NCBI GenBank assembly: GCA_051294905.1
Contig: CM119373.1
Span: 4,094,001 to 4,158,000, forward strand
From: Botryllus schlosseri
Lineage: Eukaryota
DNA: 64,000 bases
Direction of reading: 5' to 3'
Shown: piece after piece, positions 14,366 through 27,469 of the stretch
Layout: every line of letters starts with the position of its first letter
Numbering within the stretch: position 1 is the first letter of the stretch
Notes under the pieces: model-generated
What the model was told of the DNA's origin: nothing
Seen by the model: the letters and a program-made list of their open reading frames with translations, nothing else
Databases searched by the model: none
Position numbers and translations under genes: made by a program

Positions 14366-15727
14366 CATATTACTATCAAATATCTATTCTTTCTCAGCCC
14401 ATATAGTCAGATTCACTGGTAGAGTTGATGGGGGCAGTATTTTCGAAAATTTAGGGCAAGGTATAAATTATGATGCATCTTCGTGTGGGCTGATTGTTAT
14501 CGGTCAATTTGTTGCATGCCGTTGTTTCTTGACCTCCCATCAGGAGGCCTGTATCGCCCAAACGTATTAGACAATTTTTTTCGTGAGAAGCACACGATTC
14601 CAAGTTTATATTTATATATATATATATATATATATTCCATAATTTCCCCTACTGTTTGAATCTATACTGTGGGCTCAGATTGGAAAGGGCGATATCATAT
14701 TAAGGTCGAGAAACGAAGCATTTGATTGAATGACATTGAATCGCGTGCAGTGCGAAGAAAATTTGAATACTAGTCAAAATCTTTCAAATATTCGGAAGTC
14801 AATTCGCAAATTCCATTTGCCTGTCGACGGCCGACAAAATTTACTAATTAAATTACTTGTCACGGCCGCACAATTTGATTTCCACGGCCGCAGGTTGCCG
14901 ATCCTTTTTTTAAATCCTTGCTTGTTGGATTCAAAAGGCATATTATACATGACATGTGACATCACCTTATAAGGGAATATCTTATTTCTCCATAACTTTG
15001 TACCTTTTACACACTATACGCGAATGCTTGACAACCAGACCATAAAGGCATTAGCTAATAGCAACACCTGTCACCAATTATCATATTGCAGAGACATATT
15101 ATGCTAGGTGCCCGCTCCGATATCAGTCTAAAATATAAATCTGACGTCAGTGTATTGATAGTGCCACGCACTTAAGGATTTGGAATCGTGATATAATTAG
15201 GATTATTGCCGTTGTTGAAAATTGACGGTTTTTATACATATTAAACTCCTTCCTAGTTCAAGAATCATCACTTCTCTCATGCGACGTGGCGTCCCTCTCA
15301 GATGCTTTCACCCCCCTCCTGATTGAGAACCACTGCTCTTGAATTTTGTTCAGTTTCCGATCATAAATTTTTATCTGTAATTAAATTGCCGTGATTTGGA
15401 ATGAATATTTATATATATGCCTACAAATTTTCAAGTTTGCTCTAAACTGAAATCGAATATATGCTACGTATTTACTGATTCCATGAGGCCATATATTACT
15501 TTTACTGTACATTCTAAAATTGTAAAGCATATCGGTCACTTCCTTACTTCATTTTTCTTTTATTGAGTAATTGTGGCGCTTATCGCTTATCGCCTTATCA
15601 CTTTTATTTGCGCCACGATAATGAATGTTGTAATGATCATTGGTGTTTGGCTTTGGTACTCTTTTCGGACAACTTCCATTCACGCATCCATTTATCATCT
15701 CTAGATCTATCTCGCTTGCATGTGTAC

Positions 15728-16706
15728 TAGGGATGGTGTGAACGTGAGGTTCACGTGCGCGTTCTGTGTGTGAACCTCGTAAATTAAAAGTTCACGTTCA
15801 CAAACGAACCTTGGAAGTTCTGCACTGTGAACCATTTTAATACATTACAATTTTCACGTCATTATAACATCTTTGGTTAAAATTTATTGCATCTAAACTG
15901 CGAGTCACTCCATGCATGGCGCTGGCAGCATAAAAACCCAACACTAAACGAGCATGCACCTTGACAATTTTTACCTATTTTGTTACAAAAATTGGCTCGA
16001 AATATCCAGCTTTCTGTTTGTGAATATTTAGTGACTCTCTGCTGTGACCTTGACTCGCAATCACGGAACATCAAGAGCGAAATACGCTACATGTAGGTAG
16101 TCAGCGAATGATGCTTATTTAACCAATGAATGAAATTGATATCGTTGTCTGATGTGAAAAGTCTAACAAGCGTACTGGGTTCATCTCGACATCATAAGTT
16201 TATTGTATCATAAAAAACAAATCCGTGCGATTGGGGCGTTATTGTCTACTGCTGTATGACTTGTTAATGGGGTAAAACCCGTTCTACACTCTTCTCAATA
16301 TCAACGTAGCAACACTCAGACGCCGAATACATTGTCCGGTCAGGCCTAGACCGTTGAGGCGTAAGACTATATTGCCTTGCAAGTCCTCGTCGAATTTTGT
16401 TGGTAAAGTGACTGAAGATATTGGTTTTATGGGATTATTATATAATTTCATTGCTCCAGTTGATACATTTCGCGACGCTTAAAAAGTCAGTATCTACTTC
16501 AGCAGTGTGGCATTATGTGGCCGAATCGTTGCTAAGTATCGTATACGTACAATAATATACATCACCTGACTGAAATGTACGGTTAGAATTAGCAATATGA
16601 CGTCACGTTACGTCATGAAGTTCACGTTGGCGTTCACACAGAACCTTTCAAGAAGGTTCGCGTTCACACGAACCTGAACCTTTCAGAGGTTCACACCATC
16701 CCTATA
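15728..16706. mobile_element. hAT-type MITE with TAGGG ends
   Basis: TIR TAGGGATGGTGTGAAC / GTTCACACCATCCCTA. GTTCAC/GTGAAC subterminal repeats. Probable TSD ATGTGTAC / ATGTATAC, offset by an extra TA at the right end. Confidence 0.75.
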
Positions 16707-17499
16707 ATGTATACTCATCAGTGTCTTTTGCTGATGATTTAAGAAGGTCGACTTCACGCGATCAATATGGGCTTTTCTTATACGATACCGCATACGCAGT
16801 GAGATCAGAGATGAGGAGCCCGGATAAACCTCCAACACATACAACGTGGCAGAACCATGACTCGGACCTAACCATTGGTGCCGCGACGGTGTCGCTCGGC
16901 ACACCGCGCCACTCGCTTCCCCTTTTGTGATTGTATTTTACGAAATACGAAAGATTTCTAAAATGCTCCTGGTCGACCGCTCCGATTTCGATGTTTAAAT
17001 TTGATTTTAACCGGCTGTCAAGTAGCGCTATCACGTGAAAATATCATTATATATTGTGCATCGGTGCGCAAAATTATATAATAGTTTTGAGACGAAATAA
17101 ACAGTTGACTTGCAGTCAATTTGAAATCAATTTCATTGCGCATAACATCGTGCGTCACAACATGAAGAACTATCGCTGACATTCGATCGAACATGGCGTT
17201 CTTTTTTGCAGATTGGCTCTATATTTTTCAAGAAATCACCTAGTTTGGATGTTTTAATTTTTTTCACGCTAGGTTACAATATATCCTAACGGCCTACATT
17301 AAATGTTTTAGAGTTAGTAGGTCCGTCTGCACTGAAACCACGAGAACGTGAGTAGTATATACGATCGCTGGCACATTGGTGTTTTTTGCATGGGGTATCA
17401 TAGGGCCCGCTCGCATGCGGCTGGGAAACTCGTGTTGGCATGCGGCTCTTATGTCTTATGGGCCCGCTCGCATGCGGCTATTGCGTCTTATGGCCCCTC

Positions 17500-17775
17500 T
17501 CGCACGGTAACCCTTTTCAGTATAGGGATCGCTTGCACACGGCTTCGAAATCTCGTGTTCGCACGCCCACCCTTTTTGACCCCCTCTCGGTCGCATGCGG
17601 CTATTGTGTCTTGTGGTCGCACGGTAACCCTTTTCAGTATAGGTATCGCTTGCACGCGGCTTCGAAATCCCGTGTTCGCACGACCACCCTTTTTGACCCC
17701 CTCTCGGTCGCATGCGGCTATTGTGTCTTGTGGTCGCACGGTAATCCTTTTCAGTATAGGGATCGGTCGCACGCA
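17500..17775. repeat. 117-bp tandem repeat in the terminal region (one more unit on the left arm than on the right, ~32685-32840)
   Basis: CGCACGGTAA(C/T)CCTTTTCAGTATAGG at 17501, 17618 and 17735. CGCATGCGGC motif repeated across 17410-17720. Confidence 0.9.
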
Positions 17776-20510
17776 GCTTCGTTGTTGGCATGTCGTACTT
17801 CGTGTTGAATATGTATCAAGTAAATAGTCATGTGAATGAACCTTTGTTAATGTGTATATCGTAAATTATTATATATGATGTCATAGTTCAGTCGCGACAA
17901 ATGACCGATCGTGTTCTAACTCAAGTCTTTCCTCGCTATTGATTGCTACGTAACCTGAATAATACTTTCAGATCGGATTATTCACACCTTCCATATACCG
18001 CTGTTTCGCGCCTACAGAATAGTCTCCTGTTCACAGTCGCAACTTCATCGCGATGCCGCGATTTTCACACCTCGATCAGTAGAACAACACCGCGCTAACC
18101 CAGTTGTCGAATCACATAGGTCGAACATTGTACGCGAAAATGAATTATTGCATTGAAAGGTGTGAAAAATTTGTAAAATCCTACGATCACCCACAAGATA
18201 ACACCTCAGACATAGTCATCTTTCACGACTTGGTGTCATAGCCATACCGATCGCTCACGCGGTGAAATTTTAGTAATCAGTTTGTCACAGAACTTGATTT
18301 CGCTGGTAAGATTTAATAAGTAACGACTAACAGAACCGCCAGTGTCGGTAACTTGAATAGCAACAAATTGCCACTTATTTCCGTCCTAACCCTAATCCTT
18401 TGTGAGGTTACCGCATACTCAAATAGGTGTGAAATAATTGTAAAATCCCACGATCGCTCACAAGGGTAAGGAATAACAGAACCACAACAACAGAACCCAC
18501 AAATTGTCAATTATTGGTATAACTCGAATCTTTTTAAGAGTATAATCCTTTTGAAACTGAATATTACTTGACTTGACCAACTTTTAACTCCGTTTCCGGA
18601 TCATTCACACATTCCACGCCTCTGTTATAACACTTATAGAATCAATACCAACTATCTCTAACCCGATAATATTCAATCATTTTGGTAATTTGCCGACTTT
18701 AAATCCGTTCGCCAGATGTACCACAGGTAAATCCAAATAATCCAGAATGAAATATTTGGACTTTGACATTGTGTGAATTGAAATATGTTTGACAAACATG
18801 ACTACCAACTTTCACCCAGTCACATTTCGAGATTATACGCACATTGATTTGAAACAAGTAATGAAACATTACAACTCTATTCGCGACCTGTCTTTACGTT
18901 TGTCAAAGAGAGTTTCAGTAATTACTATGGCGATATTTTAATGTGTTACTACACACAATAGAATCAATCAATGAAATATCACCCATTGTTGTAAACATTT
19001 CCAACTTGACAACCGCTTGCACATAACACGATCGAGTTGCAATGCGATGAGTTGAATCGGAATATTTCAAACTACTACATATCGCGATTTGAAGTAGGAT
19101 TGCCAGACAGGCTGGGTAAACTTTCACTCCACTGCGTTTCAGATTAATTTATTCACACGATCACCATCTCGCTGTCTTCGCACTTACACAATCGCGTACT
19201 GTTCCCACTCGCAACTTCGGTACGATATTTCAACTTGTCACAATAACTGATTATTCACATGTTGATTTGAAACAAAAGAAGCCTTGAACAAGTTATCTGG
19301 GTATTTTTTTGTCACAATTGAGTTAATGGAAATAGTATTACACCTCGAAATTTTAACATCTTACCATACTCAAAAGAGTCAATCATGAAAACCTTGTCAA
19401 GTAAATCCGTTTGTAACTTACCAGACCAACTAGACAGTACCCGTACAGAAAGAAGACAAGATTACGCGAGTACATACAATCGCTACAATCTAAAATCCAT
19501 AGCAAGTTCTGTTGTATTCATATACCGCCAAATCGTTTTTTTCTGTTCAACTGTAAAAGTCGTTACTATTCTGTAAGATAAAGTAATTACTACTCGGTGT
19601 ATTTTATAAACCAAAGTAAATACTACTCGGTGTGTGGTTTGAGATTAACCAATTACATTTGAGTATACGAGATTTGAATGTCTGACCAACGTAGTTGAGA
19701 ATTCATTTCTTACAATCGAACGCAGGCATTATATTGAAAATTTTCACGATGTAAACATATGAATTGACACATTGATTTTGACATATGAGATTTTGTATTA
19801 GTCGATCATGACTTGATTATTAAATTATGACATTATTAGACCAGGGTCGTGTTGAAGGTTATTACGATACCAACAAACTTTTCAGAAACATTGTTATTAG
19901 CATATCGATTTGTGAAACTAGATTAACATGTCTGAAATGTTTTGATTGGGAAGATTAAGCCGTGTTCGTAAAAACCACGCAGCGTATTATGGATATCAGG
20001 AAATATTTTACAAATGTAATTGTCTCCAGTAACCAAGACTAAAGATGAAACAACAATTTCCTTTGTTGAACAATAACCGGTACAATACTTTATCGTCGTA
20101 ATCTGCGGTGAGAATTGAAACACTTTCGCGCATTACCCGGTGTCAAGATATCACACTAGGTGAATTGACATACCGCCGCTTGATTAATACCTAATCCGTT
20201 CGCACCATTTCACATACTTTGATCATTACAAAAGTAAATTGGAATATGTTTGCTAGATGTATTCAATTCAGTTAGAAATGGCTGGTACACAACAATCGTA
20301 ATATCAAGGAAGTACTTGCTACACTGTAATTCACTTAACGTGTTTTGCATTGTTGTTCATTTGTAGTATTGATTGTTTTTGAACCCCCTAATAATAATTC
20401 CCGACATGAAACCAAACCGCTGAAAGTCGTTACCATCACAACGAAACAATTTGTACGATGTTTGCCAAATGTATCCTATAGTTAGGTGTACTAGAATTAT
20501 TTGTCTAACA

Positions 20511-21569
20511 CAGTGGTTCCCAACCTTTTTCGACTCATCGCCCCCTTTTCAAACTCCACACCGATAATCGCCCCCCAAATATTGGGAACCTAAAAATGGG
20601 CATACAGACTTAAATCACCGTCGAGTTGACTAATAAAAAAGGTCAACTTTTCGGCTCTACCCTGAAATTACACTTTTCCAGCTAAAGTTTGGTGAGTTGA
20701 CTAACAAAGAAGGTGAATTCTCCGACTTGCTTCCAAAAAGACCTTCGCACTTCGTCTCCCCCCCCCTCCCCAATAAGTTGGTCTTGACCCCCTCTCCATA
20801 GGGCGATAAAGCAAACTTCTTCAACCTTCAAACCAAACTCCCCCGATACCTCTTTACCGCTACTTCTCAGTAGAAATTGTTGGACTCCTAAGTTAGTCGG
20901 CCTAATTCGCGCAAAGCGCGAAAAATTTCTATCATTCATGATTGAATCGGTCAATATGATTGGGAATTGCATATATATATATTGCTGTCAATTTTTATCC
21001 TCTCTCTGCTCATGTATTCAGATTTACCGGTAAAGCTGAGTGAGGTGTCTTGGAAAATGTAGGGCCCGTAAATAATAATCGAACATATTCGGGCGGACCC
21101 GTCCGTATAATGACTTCATTACGTAATGGCATTTCGTGACCTGTCTGCTATGTCAAAAGATATTCAAATCGCCCATACGTACTAAACTAAAAGACGCACA
21201 CAATTTCAAATTGGTATTTCTGCACTGGCAATTGATTTTTATCCAATAAGCAAGAAATATGAGACCACGAAATATCGCGCAGCGCTAATTTTTTTGAAAA
21301 AGTTGCCTAAATTTCCAAAATAATACTCTATACTTAATGTTAATTCACGAAAAAATTGTGGGCCTCCTTCGAGCTCGGGCTCCCAATTGGGGGTTTGGGT
21401 GTGGCAGTTTCGGTCATGGACGCCAATATAGCCATTTCAACGCGCCATCGCCCCCCTATCGCCCCCTTCGTCCGTTTTCGCCCCCCTATCACCCCCTTGG
21501 CTATTTTCGCCCCCCTGGACCGACAAATCGCCCGCTGGGGGGCGATATCGCCCACGTTGGGAACCACTG
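20511..21569. mobile_element. hAT (Charlie-like) MITE within the left arm
   Basis: TIR CAGTGGTTCCCAAC / GTTGGGAACCACTG. 8-bp TSD GTCTAACA. ATCGCCCCC subterminal repeats. Confidence 0.92.
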
Positions 21570-23499
21570 GTCTAACACATACACCGACAATGCAATCGAA
21601 AATTTTTCCGTTGTCATTCGCTAAAGTAAATGTCATCACAATAATCTGTCACTAAAAGACGTTACTTGTATGTGATTGAATCCCTAACAATTATCTCACT
21701 AAACCGAACTCCAAAGAAATTTTACTCACTCGATGGATATGAAACAGCGTCGCTTAATCGGTCTATATCGTTTTTCTGAAGGTAAATCATATGCATCCAA
21801 TAGAAAACAATTTTCACTAGCTTGGTAATGAAACCGAAGTCTTCATTCAATATTTTGTTCGTGTCAAATACTTTGCAATAAACACACTGGAGTGGTTGAG
21901 CTTTACATCATCAGACTGTAATCTGTAAATCAAGCTTACATCCGATTTGTAACTGTATTGTTTACCTAACCGAGTTGTATGCACAGTTTGATATTTTTAT
22001 CATTTAGTGATTGTTGAACATACCACTTCGAAATACTGCGTTGATCTTAATTTCCATCATCGTGATAATCGAAGTACATTTCTTTCGAATTCGTAACAAC
22101 CGGCGTTTCTATGACATGATAAATTTTTGACAAGTTATGCTTAGAAGATTGGTTGCATATCGCGAAAAATAATATACCACTCATATTGATACTGTTACTC
22201 CATTGATCGATATTTGCAAACGAGTAAACTTTATTACTTGAGTTTCTCCGCTTAATGTAAATGTAAACTCAGCCGTCTTTTAACATCACAAAGACATTGA
22301 TAAAAAGTAGGCAATCAAACGCTACAAGTTTAACTTTTGTAGGTTGTGTATGATTACCCCACGCAACTCATTTCTTACCAAAGGTATATGAAATATATTC
22401 ATGGTACACGAAAATAATCGATATTCCCATGCTGCGAACCTGTACAATGATTGGTGGCGCTTTCAAACTGTTTCGATACCTCAAGACCTTTATTGTCTGA
22501 ATGGTTGTTCAATGTTCATGTATCTTAATAATCAAATAGTTCAACACAGAACTAGTACGAACAGAAACATCAGAGTTGTTTACACAAAAGTTTGTAAGTG
22601 TACAGTATGCGAATACCATGTGTAAGTCCAGCACAATTGTGGTATCCATCCGAGTTTAGTTAACACAATTTACGACACCGAGGTCGCCTCATCTTTCGTA
22701 AGACAACAAACCAACCAAGGCTTCAGGATATGTCCATGTCATAGCAATAAATCAGCTACTCCAAACAGAGTACAAATGTTTTCTAGTTACGGTGCTTACA
22801 TTTTACACACAAATCAATCTACTTTGCTAACGAAAAGTGCTGAGTCATCACATGGTTGTCCTCACAACAATACTACTAAAACATACTATCATACAAAATG
22901 GTCGTTATAGTTTGCACACCAACGGTATATCGTACAAGTAACAAGTCTCGAGAATCCAGTTATTCAAAAAACGTTAAAGTGTTTCTCCTGCGCCAAGTCG
23001 TTATGTTGACGAAAGCGTATATTGTAATATCATGATCGATTTGCATTCGTTGGTTACAAAATGTCACTACTCTAAATAATTATTTTTCACTCAAAAGCAT
23101 ACTTGTCACCATTCGTTTTCATCAAGCGCGAGTTCAAGAAACTTACCTACTACGACATGAATTGTTATTTTTATTTTGTGTAAATAGGTAATAATTAATT
23201 TTAGTAACACTATATCAACATCATCGAGTTGTGCGAAAAGATTTACATGTGGTCTTGTGGTTTTAATCGAAGTACACAGCACGGTCTAATGTAGAGTCAT
23301 CTCTATTGTACAGCAACTCGGTAATCGAAATGCATGCATTAACATTTAAACAGCGATCTTGTTTCGTCACGCGAAAAATATGTTCACTATCGCGATACTC
23401 TGCACAGGGCGTGGAAATCCTTTTCACATTCGTAATAGTATACCAACGGATACCGGTGACAACGTTTAACAATACCAACGACACTAAACATACGATACC

Positions 23500-23975
23500 T
23501 ACCCAAGTAAAATTTCCATTTTCACCTGGAGGTCAACCGTTACCTGAGTAAAAATACCATTGTCCTTTGGAGATTTATCGTTTACTCAGAGTAACAATAT
23601 ATTTTCACTTTGTGTTCTATCCTTTCCTGGAGTAACAAACCCCTTTTCCTTTGGAAATCTATTTTTTCCCTGGGTAACAAACCTTTTTCACTTGGAAATA
23701 TATTATTTCTCTGGGTAACAAACCTTTTTCACTTGGAAATATATTTTTTCCCTGAGCAACAAACCTTTTTCACTTGGAAATATATTTTTATCCAACAGCA
23801 ACAAACCATTTTCACTTGGAAAAATACTTTTACCTAGAGTAACTAATCATTTTGTTTTGGAAATATATTTTCTCCCTGGGTAACAAACCCTTTTCGTTTG
23901 GAAAACTATCATTTACCCGAGTACCAATACCGTTTGCACTTGGAAATCTATCTTTTCTCTGGGTAACAATACCAT
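23500..23975. repeat. Degenerate ~41-bp minisatellite, ~11 units (mirror copy ~26470-26945)
   Basis: Unit approximately TGGGTAACAAACCTTTTTCACTTGGAAATATATTTTTTCCC, e.g. TGGGTAACAA at 23671 and 23712. Confidence 0.85.
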
Positions 23976-24746
23976 TTTCGTTTTGAAAACTGACAACCAC
24001 ACCCGACAATTTGATATTTTTGTATATTGTTACAACGGGCAGTGACAAAATATACACCAACAACGACTCCGATACATTTGTGCAATCGCATATTCACTTG
24101 TGTTGGTGCATCCCATCAAAATCATCGGTTACCCACATGCAATGTGCTCTTGTATATCGAAATGTATGTTTGGGTAATTGGACAATAGGTTTCGATAGGT
24201 CTGTGATGTCCGGGTTCGTGCTTTGGATTGTCCAGAGTCAAAATGTCTGAATAAAACACCTCCTCGACGATGGTTGGTACGTGGATAACGGTGTTCGGAA
24301 AACGGTTGGATTTATGTCACCCATCGCGATAACAATTCCAGGTCGAGTTTTCCCCCGCATGTTTACTATATTGTGTCTTTATTGGTCAATGTATGTCTCG
24401 ACATTCAGTTTGAAATCAGAAACCCTGATAAAGTATGTAACCGGATCCAGATATCAACTCTGAATCGATAAACCAATGAACAATATTCAAAGTAAACATG
24501 TTACACCCTGTGTTTCCACGAAAAAATACCATCCAGACATACGTCGCGCTTGTTTGCCCACACCAGTATACGCGTAAATGGAGGTGTGTGACATTGCGTG
24601 CAATGTGTTGGTATACAAACATCGGGGAGTAAGCCTTCGATCCACAGACATTATCATAGCCGGTAATTTTAATGCAGATCGAATGTCATCAAGCACACCC
24701 GATAACAATGTCATACCAATAAGCCACATTGCAATGACTCTGAGTC

Positions 24747-25699
24747 CGCGCTATAACATCGATATTTCGACACCGTTCACTGATTTACTCGACGGTTTTA
24801 TCGCGTTGTAACATTACAAGATAGTCATGACCCTATATCCAAACAGATCACCCAGATCGCTAGTGACTGGATACATCGGTCAATATCCGTCGTGTTGTCG
24901 ACACCGAAGTTCTCTGCTGACACTGCAGCGTTTGACCAATGTGAAATATCGAAGTACGGGTGCTTGAAATGATTGCGATCAGTCTTTCAGTCACGATGCA
25001 TGGATGTCGCTACTCCCACATAACGAGTCCAGATAAATATCGTGAACAGTGATTCTGCAAATCTCGGACTGATACTGTGATCCAATAAGGTATGTTTCTG
25101 TGGAATGAAGACTGCAATCGTACACCACAATAGAACACTACCTCGTGATTTCACACGCAATCATAAAACACACTTTCGTAAGGGTCCAGTTCGTCCGGCG
25201 ACATTTCGAAACGGTCATCACAACAAAAGATCGGGGTTGGTCTCGTCTTATCGGAGCATTTTGAAACTGTCATCACCACAGGCTATTGACGTTGGTTTCA
25301 GTTGGTCATGTCAATCCGTTTCACAATCCACCGCTTTTCAACTCCCCACACCATAGTGTTACGACACAGACAAGATGCGATGGTGGAAATAATAAAACAC
25401 GGAAGGCACACTTTGGTGTTATTTGACATGGATTTTACACCCGACGAACCTCACATTCGAGCGATGCATTGGAACGCCACTTGTATTATTGACATCGAAG
25501 GGAAAGAAATGTATCGATTCATTGGTTTCGTACATATCCAACAAAAACCAGGGTATATGATTGTGCATGTTTCGCATATTCGACTGTGAACGCTCTATTG
25601 GTATTTGTTGTACAGTTCACTTTCACCACTAATGGTAGTCGTGCGAATACCCCATGTTACGGTTCCATGTTTGTGTGTCTGTATGTCATGCTTCAGATT
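24747..25699. other. Unique 953-bp central spacer of the palindromic element
   Basis: Only non-mirrored part of 17351-32990. Bounded by GACTCTGAGTC (24736-24746) and GACTCAGAGTC (25700-25710). Confidence 0.9.
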
Positions 25700-27469
25700 G
25701 ACTCAGAGTCATTGCAATGTGGCTTATTGGTATGACATTGTTATCGGGTGTGCTTGATGACATTCGATCTGCATTAAAATTACCGGCTATGATAATGTCT
25801 GTGGATCGAAGGCTTACTCCCCGATGTTTGTATACCAACACATTGCACGCAATGTCACACACCTCCATTTACGCGTATACTGGTGTGGGCAAACAAGCGC
25901 GACGTATGTCTGGATGGTATTTTTTCGTGGAAACACAGGGTGTAACATGTTTACTTTGAATATTGTTCATTGGTTTATCGATTCAGAGTTGATATCTGGA
26001 TCCGGTTACATACTTTATCAGGGTTTCTGATTTCAAACTGAATGTCGAGACATACATTGACCAATAAAGACACAATATAGTAAACATGCGGGGGAAAACT
26101 CGACCTGGAATTGTTATCGCGATGGGTGACATAAATCCAACCGTTTTCCGAACACCGTTATCCACGTACCAACCATCGTCGAGGAGGTGTTTTATTCAGA
26201 CATTTTGACTCTGGACAATCCAAAGCACGAACCCGGACATCACAGACCTATCGAAACCTATTGTCCAATTACCCAAACATACATTTCGATATACAAGAGC
26301 ACATTGCATGTGGGTAACCGATGATTTTGATGGGATGCACCAACACAAGTGAATATGCGATTGCACAAATGTATCGGAGTCGTTGTTGGTGTATATTTTG
26401 TCACTGCCCGTTGTAACAATATACAAAAATATCAAATTGTCGGGTGTGGTTGTCAGTTTTCAAAACGAAAATGGTATTGTTACCCAGAGAAAAGATAGAT
26501 TTCCAAGTGCAAACGGTATTGGTACTCGGGTAAATGATAGTTTTCCAAACGAAAAGGGTTTGTTACCCAGGGAGAAAATATATTTCCAAAACAAAATGAT
26601 TAGTTACTCTAGGTAAAAGTATTTTTCCAAGTGAAAATGGTTTGTTGCTGTTGGATAAAAATATATTTCCAAGTGAAAAAGGTTTGTTGCTCAGGGAAAA
26701 AATATATTTCCAAGTGAAAAAGGTTTGTTACCCAGAGAAATAATATATTTCCAAGTGAAAAAGGTTTGTTACCCAGGGAAAAAATAGATTTCCAAAGGAA
26801 AAGGGGTTTGTTACTCCAGGAAAGGATAGAACACAAAGTGAAAATATATTGTTACTCTGAGTAAACGATAAATCTCCAAAGGACAATGGTATTTTTACTC
26901 AGGTAACGGTTGACCTCCAGGTGAAAATGGAAATTTTACTTGGGTAGGTATCGTATGTTTAGTGTCGTTGGTATTGTTAAACGTTGTCACCGGTATCCGT
27001 TGGTATACTATTACGAATGTGAAAAGGATTTCCACGCCCTGTGCAGAGTATCGCGATAGTGAACATATTTTTCGCGTGACGAAACAAGATCGCTGTTTAA
27101 ATGTTAATGCATGCATTTCGATTACCGAGTTGCTGTACAATAGAGATGACTCTACATTAGACCGTGCTGTGTACTTCGATTAAAACCACAAGACCACATG
27201 TAAATCTTTTCGCACAACTCGATGATGTTGATATAGTGTTACTAAAATTAATTATTACCTATTTACACAAAATAAAAATAACAATTCATGTCGTAGTAGG
27301 TAAGTTTCTTGAACTCGCGCTTGATGAAAACGAATGGTGACAAGTATGCTTTTGAGTGAAAAATAATTATTTAGAGTAGTGACATTTTGTAACCAACGAA
27401 TGCAAATCGATCATGATATTACAATATACGCTTTCGTCAACATAACGACTTGGCGCAGGAGAAACACTT

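Larger units (their letters stand above)
12041..14906. mobile_element. Old hAT (Charlie-like) non-autonomous element hosting nested insertions
   Basis: Imperfect TIR CAGGTGTGGGCAACC / GGTTGCCGATCCT and subterminal CACGGCCGCA motifs at both ends. TSD not cleanly preserved. Confidence 0.45.
17351..24746 (+). repeat. Left arm of the giant inverted repeat
   Basis: Reverse complement of 25700-32990. Paired coordinates sum to 50446 near the centre and shift stepwise to 50448, 50449, 50458 and 50341 through indels. Confidence 0.97.

Noticed and set aside
23500..23975. CRISPR-like repeat-spacer array
   Set aside because: The whole ~41-bp unit is repeated degenerately, with no distinct spacers.
24735..24975. 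Possible protein-primed DNA polymerase B remnant in the spacer (- strand HPYFDISHW, NGVEISML*RGLR)
   Set aside because: The resemblance is faint, interrupted and lacks a recognisable catalytic DTDS motif, so it cannot be supported without a profile search.
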